A stretch of DNA of 64,000 nt, from the IMG/VR virus record IMGVR_UViG_3300031234_000003. The stretch is one strand, 5' to 3'. Both the position numbers and the translations under genes were made by a program. This document shows, in pieces, positions 43,048-52,325 of the stretch. The notes beneath the pieces are model-generated. The model was not told the DNA's origin. It made no database searches and worked only from the letters and a program-made list of their open reading frames with translations. Numbering within the stretch: the first letter of the stretch is position 1; every line of letters starts with the position of its first letter. The stretch comes from an uncultured virus (IMG/VR IMGVR_UViG_3300031234_000003). Its lineage: Duplodnaviria > Heunggongvirae > Uroviricota > Caudoviricetes.

Positions 43048-43902
43048 ATGAAACCATATTTCCTGTTTCCCGCTGATCCGTTGAACCACCGTGTCATCGA
43101 CTGTGACTTTCAATTACAGGCGAAGGCCCTGACCGATGCTGGCTATGGCTACGCCATACTCAACCTCGAAGATGATTCGGTCTGGTCGCCTCGGGGCGGT
43201 TTGGTTGCACAGACCCCGTTCAAGCAGGACAATATCGTCTATCGCGGCTGGATGCTCAACGAGCACGAGTACGGTCGATTGGAAGAATTGGCTGACTGGT
43301 ACGGCGGCACGCTCCGCACGACCAAAGAGCAGTATTACCAGACGCATCACATTCCGAACTGGCATGTCATGCTCAGCGACATGACGGCGGAAACCCTCGT
43401 GTTTCCGAAAGAGACCATCGACTTCGAAGACACCGACGAACTCTGGGATCGATTCTTCGAGCGGAACTTAAAGCGCACGGGCTGGCGTGAGTGCTTCGTG
43501 AAGGATTACGTGAAGTCCCTCAAGACGGCTGGCGGCTCCATGGTTCGCAGTGCCGCCGACTTACGCCGCGTCGTGGAAGAGATGGCGAAGTTCCGGGGCA
43601 CCATCGAGGGCGGTCTGTGTATCCGCCAGTTCGAGGAGTACATTCCGCAGACCGAGATTCGTTTCTTTGTCGTCAACGGGAAGGTGTTTGCCCCGAAGAT
43701 CGACACCAATTTCAACATCATGGCGAACACCAGCTACCTTCCGCTGGCGAACGAAGTAGCGCACCGCATCACGGCCCCGTTCTTCTCCGTTGACATCGCC
43801 ACACGTGCGGATTTCACGCCGCGTGTGGTAGAATGTGGTGACGGGCAGGTGAGCGATCTGGTGGGCTGGACGCCCGAGGAGTTTGCAAAGATATGGGCTT
43901 AG
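43048..43902 (+). CDS. ATP-grasp domain protein (R2K-like)
   Basis: YRGWML, FVKDYVKSLK, EIRFFVVNG, FFSVDIA, VVECGDGQVS. Confidence 0.85.
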   Translation: MKPYFLFPADPLNHRVIDCDFQLQAKALTDAGYGYAILNLEDDSVWSPRGGLVAQTPFKQDNIVYRGWMLNEHEYGRLEELADWYGGTLRTTKEQYYQTHHIPNWHVMLSDMTAETLVFPKETIDFEDTDELWDRFFERNLKRTGWRECFVKDYVKSLKTAGGSMVRSAADLRRVVEEMAKFRGTIEGGLCIRQFEEYIPQTEIRFFVVNGKVFAPKIDTNFNIMANTSYLPLANEVAHRITAPFFSVDIATRADFTPRVVECGDGQVSDLVGWTPEEFAKIWA

Positions 43903-44027
43903 ACAACGAAATTGGCTGGAGGCTGGCGACTATGAACGAAGTCAAAGACGACGAGGGCTACGCAGGCCCAACGCACGAGACCCCTGCGCGTTTGCTTCCG
44001 AAGCCTACGCTCGCCCCGCCGACCGAG

Positions 44028-44117
44028 GGCTGGACGTACCTGTTCAATTCCCCCAAGTGGCATTACTTCCGTGGCTGGACGTACCTGTTCAATTCCCCCA
44101 AGTGGCATTACTTCCGT
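44028..44117 (+). repeat. perfect 45-bp tandem duplication
   Basis: GGCTGGACGTACCTGTTCAATTCCCCCAAGTGGCATTACTTCCGT x2, in frame (GWTYLFNSPKWHYFR). Confidence 0.97.
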
Positions 44118-44322
44118 GGCGGGCGCTCCCTGTGCAAGCGGTGGATGACGTTCGGCAGCGAGTTCGAGCAGGGCAACGACAAGAGCCCCGACAACTGCAA
44201 GGGCTGCATGACGGCACTGGAGAAAGAGCGGGCAAAAGCTGCCTCTAAGCAGTTGAAAACAAAGACATAAAAGCTAGAGATTTACCCTCCGATTTGGGTA
44301 TAATGATCGTGGAGGGGAACTC

Positions 44323-45108
44323 TTGGCGATCCGTGCAGACCTACCTGTTGAGGTTGACAAAGCGGTCCTAACTCGCTATTGCCCCGACCCGCGTTGGGGC
44401 TATCAAGAAAAGTTCAACGGCGAGTATCGCACAATCTGCAAGGATTCGAACGGCATCCACGATTTCAATCGCAACGGCGACCCTGCCAAGGGTCTACCAA
44501 GCGGTCTAATTGCTGTTCTCAAGAATCATCCCCTCCACCAATTCATCATCGCAGGCGAGTTGGTCGGCAACAAAACTTTCAAGTTGTTCGATGCGCTGGT
44601 TCTGGGCGACGAGATTTGTGGTGCCAGTTCTTACGAGCACCGCGAAGCCCGCTACCATCAGGAGTTCGACGGATTCAGCAAGCTGATTCAGCCCTTGTAC
44701 ACCGCCCGGACGCATGAAGCGAAGGCTCAACTGGTGATCCAGTTGCTCGAAGATGGAGCCGAGGGCGTGATCGTGCGGGACATGACCGCTCCGTATGTCG
44801 AGGGCGAGTCAGGGCAGCACAAGAAAGTCAAGTTCTGGAAGACGCTGGAAGCTATCGTAGTCGGGCCGAGCCCGCGACACAAGAATAGCGTGCGCCTCGC
44901 GTGCTATGACGACCGGGGCACGCTGCATGAGATTTGCGGGATTAAGCTGAAAGACGAAAAATTGACTACTGGGTACGTAGTAGAGGTAAAATATCTTTAT
45001 GCTACTTCAAGAAACCACATCGTCCAACCACAACTACTCCGTAGACGGACAGACAAGCAGGCGTCACTATGCACTATGAGCCAGCTTGTAATCGGCAAGA
45101 ACCAGTAG
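44323..45108 (+). CDS. ATP-dependent DNA ligase (minimal)
   Basis: QEKFNGEY, GELV, LFDAL, EGVIVR, KKVKFWK, OB-fold VVEVKYLY...QP...RTDK. Confidence 0.88.
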   Translation: MAIRADLPVEVDKAVLTRYCPDPRWGYQEKFNGEYRTICKDSNGIHDFNRNGDPAKGLPSGLIAVLKNHPLHQFIIAGELVGNKTFKLFDALVLGDEICGASSYEHREARYHQEFDGFSKLIQPLYTARTHEAKAQLVIQLLEDGAEGVIVRDMTAPYVEGESGQHKKVKFWKTLEAIVVGPSPRHKNSVRLACYDDRGTLHEICGIKLKDEKLTTGYVVEVKYLYATSRNHIVQPQLLRRRTDKQASLCTMSQLVIGKNQ

Positions 45109-45290
45109 TCTATCGAATCAGGAATCTTTTCAATGGGAAAAAGTACATCGGATCGACAAGAAACTGTCGATCACGAATGCAGTATCATATCAATCGTCTG
45201 AGAGCAGGCAAGCATCACTGTTCGATCCTCCAACGAGCATTCAACAAGCACGGTGAAAAAGCGTTTGTATTTGAGATCATTGATTGCGTG
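45108..45290 (+). pseudogene. GIY-YIG endonuclease remnant
   Basis: VYRIRNLFNGKKYIGST..R...H...LQRAFNKHG..F.FEII without a clear start or C-terminus. Confidence 0.75.
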
Positions 45291-45398
45291 GGGCGATCAG
45301 CCGTACCATTGGGACCGCTCAGATCGATCCCAAATCGTAGGTTCCGCGTACCTGTACGAGCGAAAGACTAAGGCGGCACACGCCTAACGGAGGAAGCG

Positions 45399-46619
45399 AT
45401 GCTGGTATCGAGACAACTCAAGTCGCTCATTGAGCGGTTCAAGCAGATGTACCCGCAATACAACACGCAGGCGGGGGCGCTGTATCAGTGCTGCGATGCT
45501 ACCGCCCAGTTTATGAAGTTCGTCAACGACTTCCAATTAGCCAAACTGATCGTCCTCCCAAGCGGCCTAATCCAAGAGACGCTTGTTGGCGCAACTGCGG
45601 GCACCGTCAATTCCCCTCCGACCCCAGACCCATCCGACGCAGGAAAAGTGGTTGTTCTAGGTCCCGATGGAGCCATCACTGGGTCTTTGCTCGTCCATGC
45701 CAGCGGTGGTGGGGGAGGCGGCGGTTCGACCGACTTTAGCCAAATCACAGGAAATTTCCCCAGCACAACCACGCTGACCGTGGGTCTAGGCGGCGTCCTG
45801 ACATTTTCCAATGGCACCATCAACGCCAACATGCTTTATGGTACGTCAGTCAGCAGCATACCCCCAACCGTGGGACAAGTTCTGACTGCGGTAGCCGTGG
45901 GCTCGCCGCCTGTCCTCGTAGCGACTTGGCAAGACCCCACTGGCGGCGGCACACTGGTGGGCGCACGCAAGACTGCGACCCACTACCTATCTGGGTCAGC
46001 GGGACCAGCCGCGATTCAAGATTCGGGTCTTGCTATCGGCGGGGCCTTCGGCGCGACGGCTCCTGTTGCCGCCAGCCAGCAAGCTGCGTCCTACTGGTAT
46101 CAGTCAACGGGCGTTGCAACCCCGGGCGGTTACCAAAGCTCGACGAACAACACCTTCCTGCCTTGGTGGTTCGACGGAGCTAACCTCAGTCTGTTTGTTG
46201 ATTTATACCTCGTTCAATTGGTGACGGAACGTGTGTGGGTTGGAATGTTTGACAGCACCCTGTCCACGACAACCATCTTCGGTTCTGACACGTTACACGC
46301 CAACCAGTACGCGGCGTTCAGATTTTCGACTGTCGCGGGAGATACAGCATGGCAGTGCGTGACTAGCGACGGCACCACGCAGACCGTAGTTAGTTCTGGG
46401 GTGACGGCGGACACGAAATCCCACAGGTTCGTAATCATCTGCAATGACAGCGTGCCGAACGTACAGTTTTACATTGATGGGGTTCTCGTCGCGACGATTA
46501 CGACTCACACTCCGACAACGAGCATTGTGGGGGCGTACATGGTGGTCGGACTCACATCGACGGCGGCGGTTACATCCAAGATCGCGTTCACGCAGGCGAT
46601 GATCCAGCAAGACTACTAA
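45399..46619 (+). CDS. Gly/Thr-rich virion/fibre-like protein with C-terminal beta-sandwich; possibly chimeric
   Basis: Low-complexity G/T/S/V composition, DAGKVVVLGPDG, VQFYIDGVLVATITT. Confidence 0.55.
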   Translation: MLVSRQLKSLIERFKQMYPQYNTQAGALYQCCDATAQFMKFVNDFQLAKLIVLPSGLIQETLVGATAGTVNSPPTPDPSDAGKVVVLGPDGAITGSLLVHASGGGGGGGSTDFSQITGNFPSTTTLTVGLGGVLTFSNGTINANMLYGTSVSSIPPTVGQVLTAVAVGSPPVLVATWQDPTGGGTLVGARKTATHYLSGSAGPAAIQDSGLAIGGAFGATAPVAASQQAASYWYQSTGVATPGGYQSSTNNTFLPWWFDGANLSLFVDLYLVQLVTERVWVGMFDSTLSTTTIFGSDTLHANQYAAFRFSTVAGDTAWQCVTSDGTTQTVVSSGVTADTKSHRFVIICNDSVPNVQFYIDGVLVATITTHTPTTSIVGAYMVVGLTSTAAVTSKIAFTQAMIQQDY

Positions 46620-46639
46620 AACATGGTATTATATAGGGT

Positions 46640-47272
46640 ATGGCGATTGACACCCTGAGATTCTCGGACTTCGTTCGGACGGCTCCCCGTGCGGGAAGGT
46701 GCTGCCCCACCGATATCAGAATCGGGTACGTATGGAAGGCGTTGATGAATCGCTACCTTGAGCCCCACCGCCATTATCACACACTGGGGCATATCCAGTT
46801 TGGCTTCAGCGAATACTTCAAGTTTTTCGACAAAATGAGCCCCATTACCTTCTTCGCGTGGGTCTACCATGATGCGGTTTACGAGCCTACCCGCGACGAC
46901 AACGAAGCTCGCAGCGCAATGGTTTTCGAGAAGGACAACCCCGTACTGGGGTTCGATGTGGAAGATGCCGACAAGATCATCAGCCTCATTCTCAGCACCA
47001 CTCACACCGAGCACACCAACCTTGTGACCGATATCGACCTCGCGGGACTGGGGCTGCCTCCCGAGGAATACGACGAGAACACCCGCCTCATCCGCGTGGA
47101 GTACAACTTCGCCAGCGATGAGATGTGGAAGGCTGGCCGATTGGCATTCCTGAAGAGATTTCTCGCCAGACCGCAGCTTTACTTCAGCCCTCAGTTCGCC
47201 GGGGCGTACACCCTCTTGGCTCGGGAGAATATGCAGCGGGAATTGGATAGGCTATGTACGAGCCCTTCGTAG
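46640..47272 (+). CDS. HD-superfamily phosphohydrolase
   Basis: Y.EPHRHYHTLGHI...YHDAVY...NEARSA...DIDLAGLG. Confidence 0.9.
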   Translation: MAIDTLRFSDFVRTAPRAGRCCPTDIRIGYVWKALMNRYLEPHRHYHTLGHIQFGFSEYFKFFDKMSPITFFAWVYHDAVYEPTRDDNEARSAMVFEKDNPVLGFDVEDADKIISLILSTTHTEHTNLVTDIDLAGLGLPPEEYDENTRLIRVEYNFASDEMWKAGRLAFLKRFLARPQLYFSPQFAGAYTLLARENMQRELDRLCTSPS

Positions 47273-47655
47273 TCTCCTACGTCGATCCTTTCTCGGACCA
47301 CACTCGCCGCAGGTCCGTCGCATGGTTCAATCTCAGGTCTCTCTACCTCTCGAACCAGACCAACCTAGCCATAGAAAACCAAGACGTGCTCCTCACCTCA
47401 ATCGAGCGGAACCCAGCGGACGGAGGCAAATGGAGGTGGGACACACCCCTGTTCGACGGAGAGGTGACTGATCTGGTAAAGCGCATCAAGATCAGCGGGG
47501 AGTTCGAGGCCGTTTGGCTGCAACTGAAGGACGGGCAGCTTACCGTACTGGACGGGCACCACCGAATCGTCGCGTGGGAGCGGCTAGGCTTCGGCACCGT
47601 CCCGGCTGTCGTTGTGAGGGTCACCCCGTTTTCCACAAAATTCAAATCCAAATAG
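47254..47655 (+). CDS. ParB/Srx-like domain protein
   Basis: VLDGHHRIVAW..LG...VPAVV. Confidence 0.75.
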   Translation: MYEPFVVSYVDPFSDHTRRRSVAWFNLRSLYLSNQTNLAIENQDVLLTSIERNPADGGKWRWDTPLFDGEVTDLVKRIKISGEFEAVWLQLKDGQLTVLDGHHRIVAWERLGFGTVPAVVVRVTPFSTKFKSK

Positions 47656-47681
47656 TTCCGACTTTCAGTATTACTCTATGT

Positions 47682-47995
47682 GAGCCACGTGGCTGAACAA
47701 GTCCTTGATGAGGGACTAAAGCTCGGGCGGTGCCGCTGAAAAGCGAAGAGAGTGCCGTCTGGTGGTACAGTTAATGCGTTGTAAGGTTGAAGAAGGCGAT
47801 CTTGGCCAAGATCGACCCCCGTAAGACTCGGACAAATCGTCAAATCGACACTGACATCTGTATCCGACTGGAGGCACCCAATCCTCCCAACCAGCCGCAA
47901 GGCGAGTGTTCGGCTGATCCCCGAATACGGTTGTGACCGAACAACGATGCGTTAGCTAAGGCTTGGGTGGTAGTCAGGAATCCGCCCAGTGGCTC
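47682..47995 (+). ncRNA. candidate structured ncRNA (~314 nt)
   Basis: GAGCCAC/GTGGCTC terminal stem, multiple hairpins, -10-like element upstream, hairpin downstream, no convincing ORF. Confidence 0.55.
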
Positions 47996-48126
47996 TTAAT
48001 CTTTTCGCTTGGGGGCACCTCATGGGTGTCCCCTTGGCTTTTCTGGTAAGTCTTTGATTCTAAAGCCACAAATTCCTAGCTAAAACTCGGGTTCCCTTGG
48101 TAGAATAGAGGTGCAAGGAGAACACT

Positions 48127-48642
48127 ATGGATGCCTACGTATTAGCGATCAGTGTTGAGAAATCGAGCAACCTGCCGACCAGAGCAAAAAACGTTCTGAA
48201 GCGACTGGGTTGCGAGACCCTCGAAGATGTCACCAAGTTGACACCCGAGCAAATCCTGCGGGCGAAGTGGGCGGGCACGAAAGTGCTGAGCTACATCAAG
48301 CTTTGGCTTGACAGCTTCGGCCTCACTCTGTCAGACTCAAAACTCATGCCGACATCAACTGGATTCCCGCTCCTGAATGGGTACAACCTACTTCGGAAGC
48401 GAATCTACGAATACTTCGGCTACGATGAGGAATTCAATAGAGTCCTCCATAACTTGGGGAATGATCTCCCAATACAGGATTGCACGGATCGTCCGTGGGG
48501 AGAATTTAAGTGGGCGAGCGACACCACCTATCGCGGCAAAGATTTCACCATGATCCTCAGCAACACCGAGCATCTGGGTGTCCTCTGCATCTACGACAAC
48601 GCCAAAGAATTCAAAACCAAAGCGGCGAAGGACGGCATCTAA
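48127..48642 (+). CDS. protein with RNA polymerase alpha-CTD-like domain
   Basis: NLPTRAKNVLKRLGCETLEDV...ILRAKWAGTKVLSYIK..L..FGLTL. Confidence 0.7.
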   Translation: MDAYVLAISVEKSSNLPTRAKNVLKRLGCETLEDVTKLTPEQILRAKWAGTKVLSYIKLWLDSFGLTLSDSKLMPTSTGFPLLNGYNLLRKRIYEYFGYDEEFNRVLHNLGNDLPIQDCTDRPWGEFKWASDTTYRGKDFTMILSNTEHLGVLCIYDNAKEFKTKAAKDGI

Positions 48643-49122
48643 TGAGTGGAATGACTTGGCCCGCATCGAAACCCATCTTGACCGACGACGAGTTCAGCAA
48701 GGTTCTCCAAGAGGACAATGACGCCTCGATCTGGCTGGCATTGGTGGACGCCGCCAATACCGACCCAATCCTCAGCCGCGTATTCGCACTCGCCCGGGCA
48801 AAGGGCTGGTCACGATTCCGCACGGTCATGGTATGCTCGTATGTGATGGCACAGCGGCACGAGCGGTTCATCCAGATGGAACTGGACCGCCTGAACACGA
48901 CATTGCCCAAACCGATGCAGTTCTGCTCGAAGTGCTCAAAGGAACTTTTCACGACCGATGACGGCGTGACATTACGGCTCAAAACAGCCGAGGAGCAGAA
49001 GGCGTAATTTGCGGTATTGGTGAGATTTTAGGTAGGGCGGCACCTGTCAGAACGGGGAAAGTCACTTCTCAAACCTTAGAAAGGTGGTACTTGTGGGACT
49101 CGGATACGGAACAGGAGTAGGC

Positions 49123-50286
49123 ATGAAAGGTACTGGCACTGGACTCAAGTTAGACCCCACCAAGCGTTCAAACGATGCGCGTGATTTTGAGAAAGCCATG
49201 CGTAAACGTATCGTCGGACAAGATGTCGCCGTCGATAAAGTTGTTGAGATTTACCAGATGTTCTTGGCGGGCCTGAACGCTCCGGGTCGTCCAGTTGGTA
49301 ATCTTCTCTTCCTCGGTCCCACGGGCAGCGGCAAGACTCGCGTCGTAGAAGCGATGGCTGAATCCCTCTTCGGTGACGCCCGAGCCTGCATCAAGATTGA
49401 TTGCGCTGAATTCCAGCATTCCCACGAAATCGCCAAGCTGATCGGTTCGCCCCCGGGCTACCTCGGTCACCGCGAAACCCATCCTCTCCTCACGCAGGAA
49501 GCGTTGAACCAGTGGTTCAGCGAGAAGTTGAAGTTATCGATTCTGCTGTTCGACGAAATCGAAAAAGCTTCTGACTCACTGTGGCAACTCCTGCTCGGCA
49601 TCCTCGACAAGGCTACGCTGACCCTCGGCGACAACCACCGCGTAGACCTTAGCCAGTGCATTATCATCATGACATCGAACCTCGGTGCTGCCGACATGAA
49701 CGAACTGATGAATGGCGGCATGGGCTTCGGTAACTCCCGTGAGAACATCGTCGTCAATGACTCACTGGATGCAAAGATCGACCGCAGCGCAGTTGACGCC
49801 GCAAAGCGCAAGTTCACCCCGGAGTTCATGAACCGCATCGACAAATCAGTCGTGTTCAAAACTCTCCGCGATGAGCATCTGGTGCAGATTCTTGAGATCG
49901 AACTCGGCATGGTGCAACAGCGCGTGCTGATGGCCGCTGGTGCGAACCAATTCGTGTTCAACTGCACACAGCCTGTCAAAGAGTTTCTGCTCAAGGAAGG
50001 CACGGACCCGAAGTACGGTGCGCGTCACTTGAAGCGTGCCATTGAGCGTCATCTGGTGTTCCCGATGGCGAACCTCGTTGCCACTGGTCAAGTCAAGCTG
50101 GGCGATTTCATCCGTGTGGACATGGAGGGCGAGACCACCACGTTCATCAAGGAATCCGAGAACGCCATGGCACCCATGCTGCTCGAACGTTACGGGTCTT
50201 CGGCGGCTCCACAGCGCGAACCCATCAACGTGAGACCCATCATCCCAATTCCCACGCGGAAACCAACCGGGGGCGCGGGGGCGTAA
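49123..50286 (+). CDS. ClpB/ClpA D2-type AAA+ ATPase (stand-alone)
   Basis: IVGQD, LFLGPTGSGKT, KLIGSPPGYLG, LLFDEIEKA, IIIMTSNLG, PEFMNRID, YGARHLKR. Confidence 0.93.
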   Translation: MKGTGTGLKLDPTKRSNDARDFEKAMRKRIVGQDVAVDKVVEIYQMFLAGLNAPGRPVGNLLFLGPTGSGKTRVVEAMAESLFGDARACIKIDCAEFQHSHEIAKLIGSPPGYLGHRETHPLLTQEALNQWFSEKLKLSILLFDEIEKASDSLWQLLLGILDKATLTLGDNHRVDLSQCIIIMTSNLGAADMNELMNGGMGFGNSRENIVVNDSLDAKIDRSAVDAAKRKFTPEFMNRIDKSVVFKTLRDEHLVQILEIELGMVQQRVLMAAGANQFVFNCTQPVKEFLLKEGTDPKYGARHLKRAIERHLVFPMANLVATGQVKLGDFIRVDMEGETTTFIKESENAMAPMLLERYGSSAAPQREPINVRPIIPIPTRKPTGGAGA

Positions 50287-50513
50287 GGGGTGGGTGAAAT
50301 GAGCACAGCTTACGAAAGAGTGCTGGCAAAGCGTGCGAAGCGTTTAGGCGTCTCGCTCGAAGAAGCTACCAAGGTGACTGGAAAGCCGCTCTATCTGAGA
50401 GCGGCTGAGGCTGTAGCAGCCCGTCGTGGGGTAACCGTTGAGACTGTGTTGGACGAGGACATGAAACGGATCAACGAAGCTCTCTACGAATTCTCCGACT
50501 ACTACGGGATAGA

Positions 50514-50858
50514 TTAACGAACCTCTCCGTTAGTAATGAACCCATGCCAGTGCCCGTACTTGGAAGCGTCCACCGAGGGCGTGAGGCTGAGGGTCTCGAA
50601 AGTATCGCCCGTCCGTGCCCACACATGCTCTGCCAGTTTTCCGAGCGGTGTTATCCGTGGCAGCCAGTTGTCGGGGTCAACTGGATTCGCAAAGAATATC
50701 CCGATGTAGAAAACCTCGCCACGTTCTCCCACGGGGCAATGTGGGCAGCGGAACGTAATCCCGATGTACAGCTTCACATAGCTTGAGTCATCCCCGTGAT
50801 ACCCGGGAGCAGCCTGAGGAACCGTAACCCAATGCGGATTGAGGTCTGTTAGTTTCAT
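50514..50858 (-). CDS. DUF6527-like protein
   Basis: FRCPHC...LSLTPSV...HWHGFITNG. Confidence 0.6.
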   Translation of the reverse strand: MKLTDLNPHWVTVPQAAPGYHGDDSSYVKLYIGITFRCPHCPVGERGEVFYIGIFFANPVDPDNWLPRITPLGKLAEHVWARTGDTFETLSLTPSVDASKYGHWHGFITNGEVR

Positions 50859-51517
50859 GGCACCAATTGTCCGTTGTGCAAGAATCCATGCCAGTTCCCG
50901 CTGAGGATCGAGCCCGCCCCAGCCTGACAGGTGTGTCCGTTCTTATCCACGTGGATGTTAGGCGGCTCACCATGCCGCACCCAGCAACGATGCGTGCGTT
51001 CCTCCTTCATGGTGCAGTTGCTCGCCCGTCCATCAATGTTCCACTCTCTATTGTTCGGCAACATGCACATCAAGGGCGGTGTCGATGCGTTATCCCAGTC
51101 CCACCCGAAGCTGCCGTTCTCCATCCTGTACCACCATGCGTACCAAAGAGCACCCGTAGGAGCTTCCTGCAACGTGGTCAGCCCGCCGTTGTCCGACCGC
51201 TGATACATGCGATGGACAAACATTTGTCCGCCCTTCTCACAACCGCGTAGCTCGTCGAGGATAGGTGCCCCACACTTACAGTTCATCGGCCAAATAGGAT
51301 CGCCCACGGGCGGGCGTAAGGTCTCAACGAAATCGTTCCAGTCCTCGTACTGCCCCTCGACGTGCGGGTAGTCGAAGTCGCCGATGAGGTTCATGTTGCC
51401 GTGGTAGGAGTATTCGCCCGGATAGAGCGGGCAACAGTTCGGAATGCCTGCGTTGTAACGGCGAGCCCAGACACGAATCTTAGAGATTGGCGTCAACAGG
51501 AAGCATGGAGTGCCCAC
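50855..51517 (-). CDS. hypothetical Cys/His-rich protein with DUF6527-like C-terminus
   Basis: Ends GSI...WHGFLHNG; coupled to the downstream gene. Confidence 0.6.
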   Translation of the reverse strand: MGTPCFLLTPISKIRVWARRYNAGIPNCCPLYPGEYSYHGNMNLIGDFDYPHVEGQYEDWNDFVETLRPPVGDPIWPMNCKCGAPILDELRGCEKGGQMFVHRMYQRSDNGGLTTLQEAPTGALWYAWWYRMENGSFGWDWDNASTPPLMCMLPNNREWNIDGRASNCTMKEERTHRCWVRHGEPPNIHVDKNGHTCQAGAGSILSGNWHGFLHNGQLVP

Positions 51518-51519
51518 AG

Positions 51520-51849
51520 TTACCCCTTTGAGGGATCAGGTGCCGCAGCGGTAGCCGTTGCCGTGTTGGTATTCGCGTTCGAGTTGTTCACGTTCACGTC
51601 TACCGTTGGAGCGGGCGTTGTAGGATCAGGCCACTTCTGGTAAACCAAGGCGTGACCGCCGAGGAACCCGTAGAAGGCGTACAGCGAACTCACGTACCCC
51701 GGCAGCAAATCCTTGCCAGTGTGGAAACAGTACGCCGAGGTTGTCGCGAAGACGACGAGGGCAATCGGCACGTGCGAGTCATTCGTCAGCTTGTCGAGAA
51801 AGCCCTTCAGCCTGTCGCGATGTTCCTTGAGAATCTCTGCAAAGCCCAT
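51520..51849 (-). CDS. small membrane protein (holin-like)
   Basis: Two hydrophobic segments; function is a guess. Confidence 0.4.
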   Translation of the reverse strand: MGFAEILKEHRDRLKGFLDKLTNDSHVPIALVVFATTSAYCFHTGKDLLPGYVSSLYAFYGFLGGHALVYQKWPDPTTPAPTVDVNVNNSNANTNTATATAAAPDPSKG

Positions 51850-52019
51850 AAAATCATCCCCTATGAAAGAGCCCGAAAGTCGTGGGAAATTCTTGTCAAG
51901 CAAAAAATGTCGCGTTGAAATCACGAGACTTGTTCGTCCGTAAGTGGCTCAAACGCCACGTTTTAAGCCTGTTTCCAAAACTCGAATGGTATAATGGTTA
52001 TAGATCAAAGGAGGTCACT

Positions 52020-52325
52020 ATGACCAAGATTAGCGAGCGCAAGACACGGCTGAGCTTCGAGACGGATGCCGAGATGCGGGGGTGGGGTAGCATCACCGTA
52101 GACAAGGAGAAGCGGAAGACACGACGTGTCCCCGTGACTCGGGCAATCATCGTGGACGTGGACAACGCATTCCACGGCACCGTGCGGTTGAAGGGTACGC
52201 GGCAGACCTTCGACTTCTCGTGGGAGGGCTTGTTCCTGTGGGCGGTCGAGCAGAAGGTTATGAAGGAGCGTGCGGAGAAGAAGCGGCTGCGTGACGCTAA
52301 GAAGAAAGGACGGTTTGTGCGGTGA
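52020..52325 (+). CDS. hypothetical basic protein
   Basis: TGGTATAAT promoter and AGGAGGT RBS. Confidence 0.75.
   Translation: MTKISERKTRLSFETDAEMRGWGSITVDKEKRKTRRVPVTRAIIVDVDNAFHGTVRLKGTRQTFDFSWEGLFLWAVEQKVMKERAEKKRLRDAKKKGRFVR

Noticed and set aside
47682..47995. RNase P RNA or tmRNA
   Set aside because: No GAGGAAAGTCC P4 signature and no tRNA-Ala-like ends with a tag ORF.
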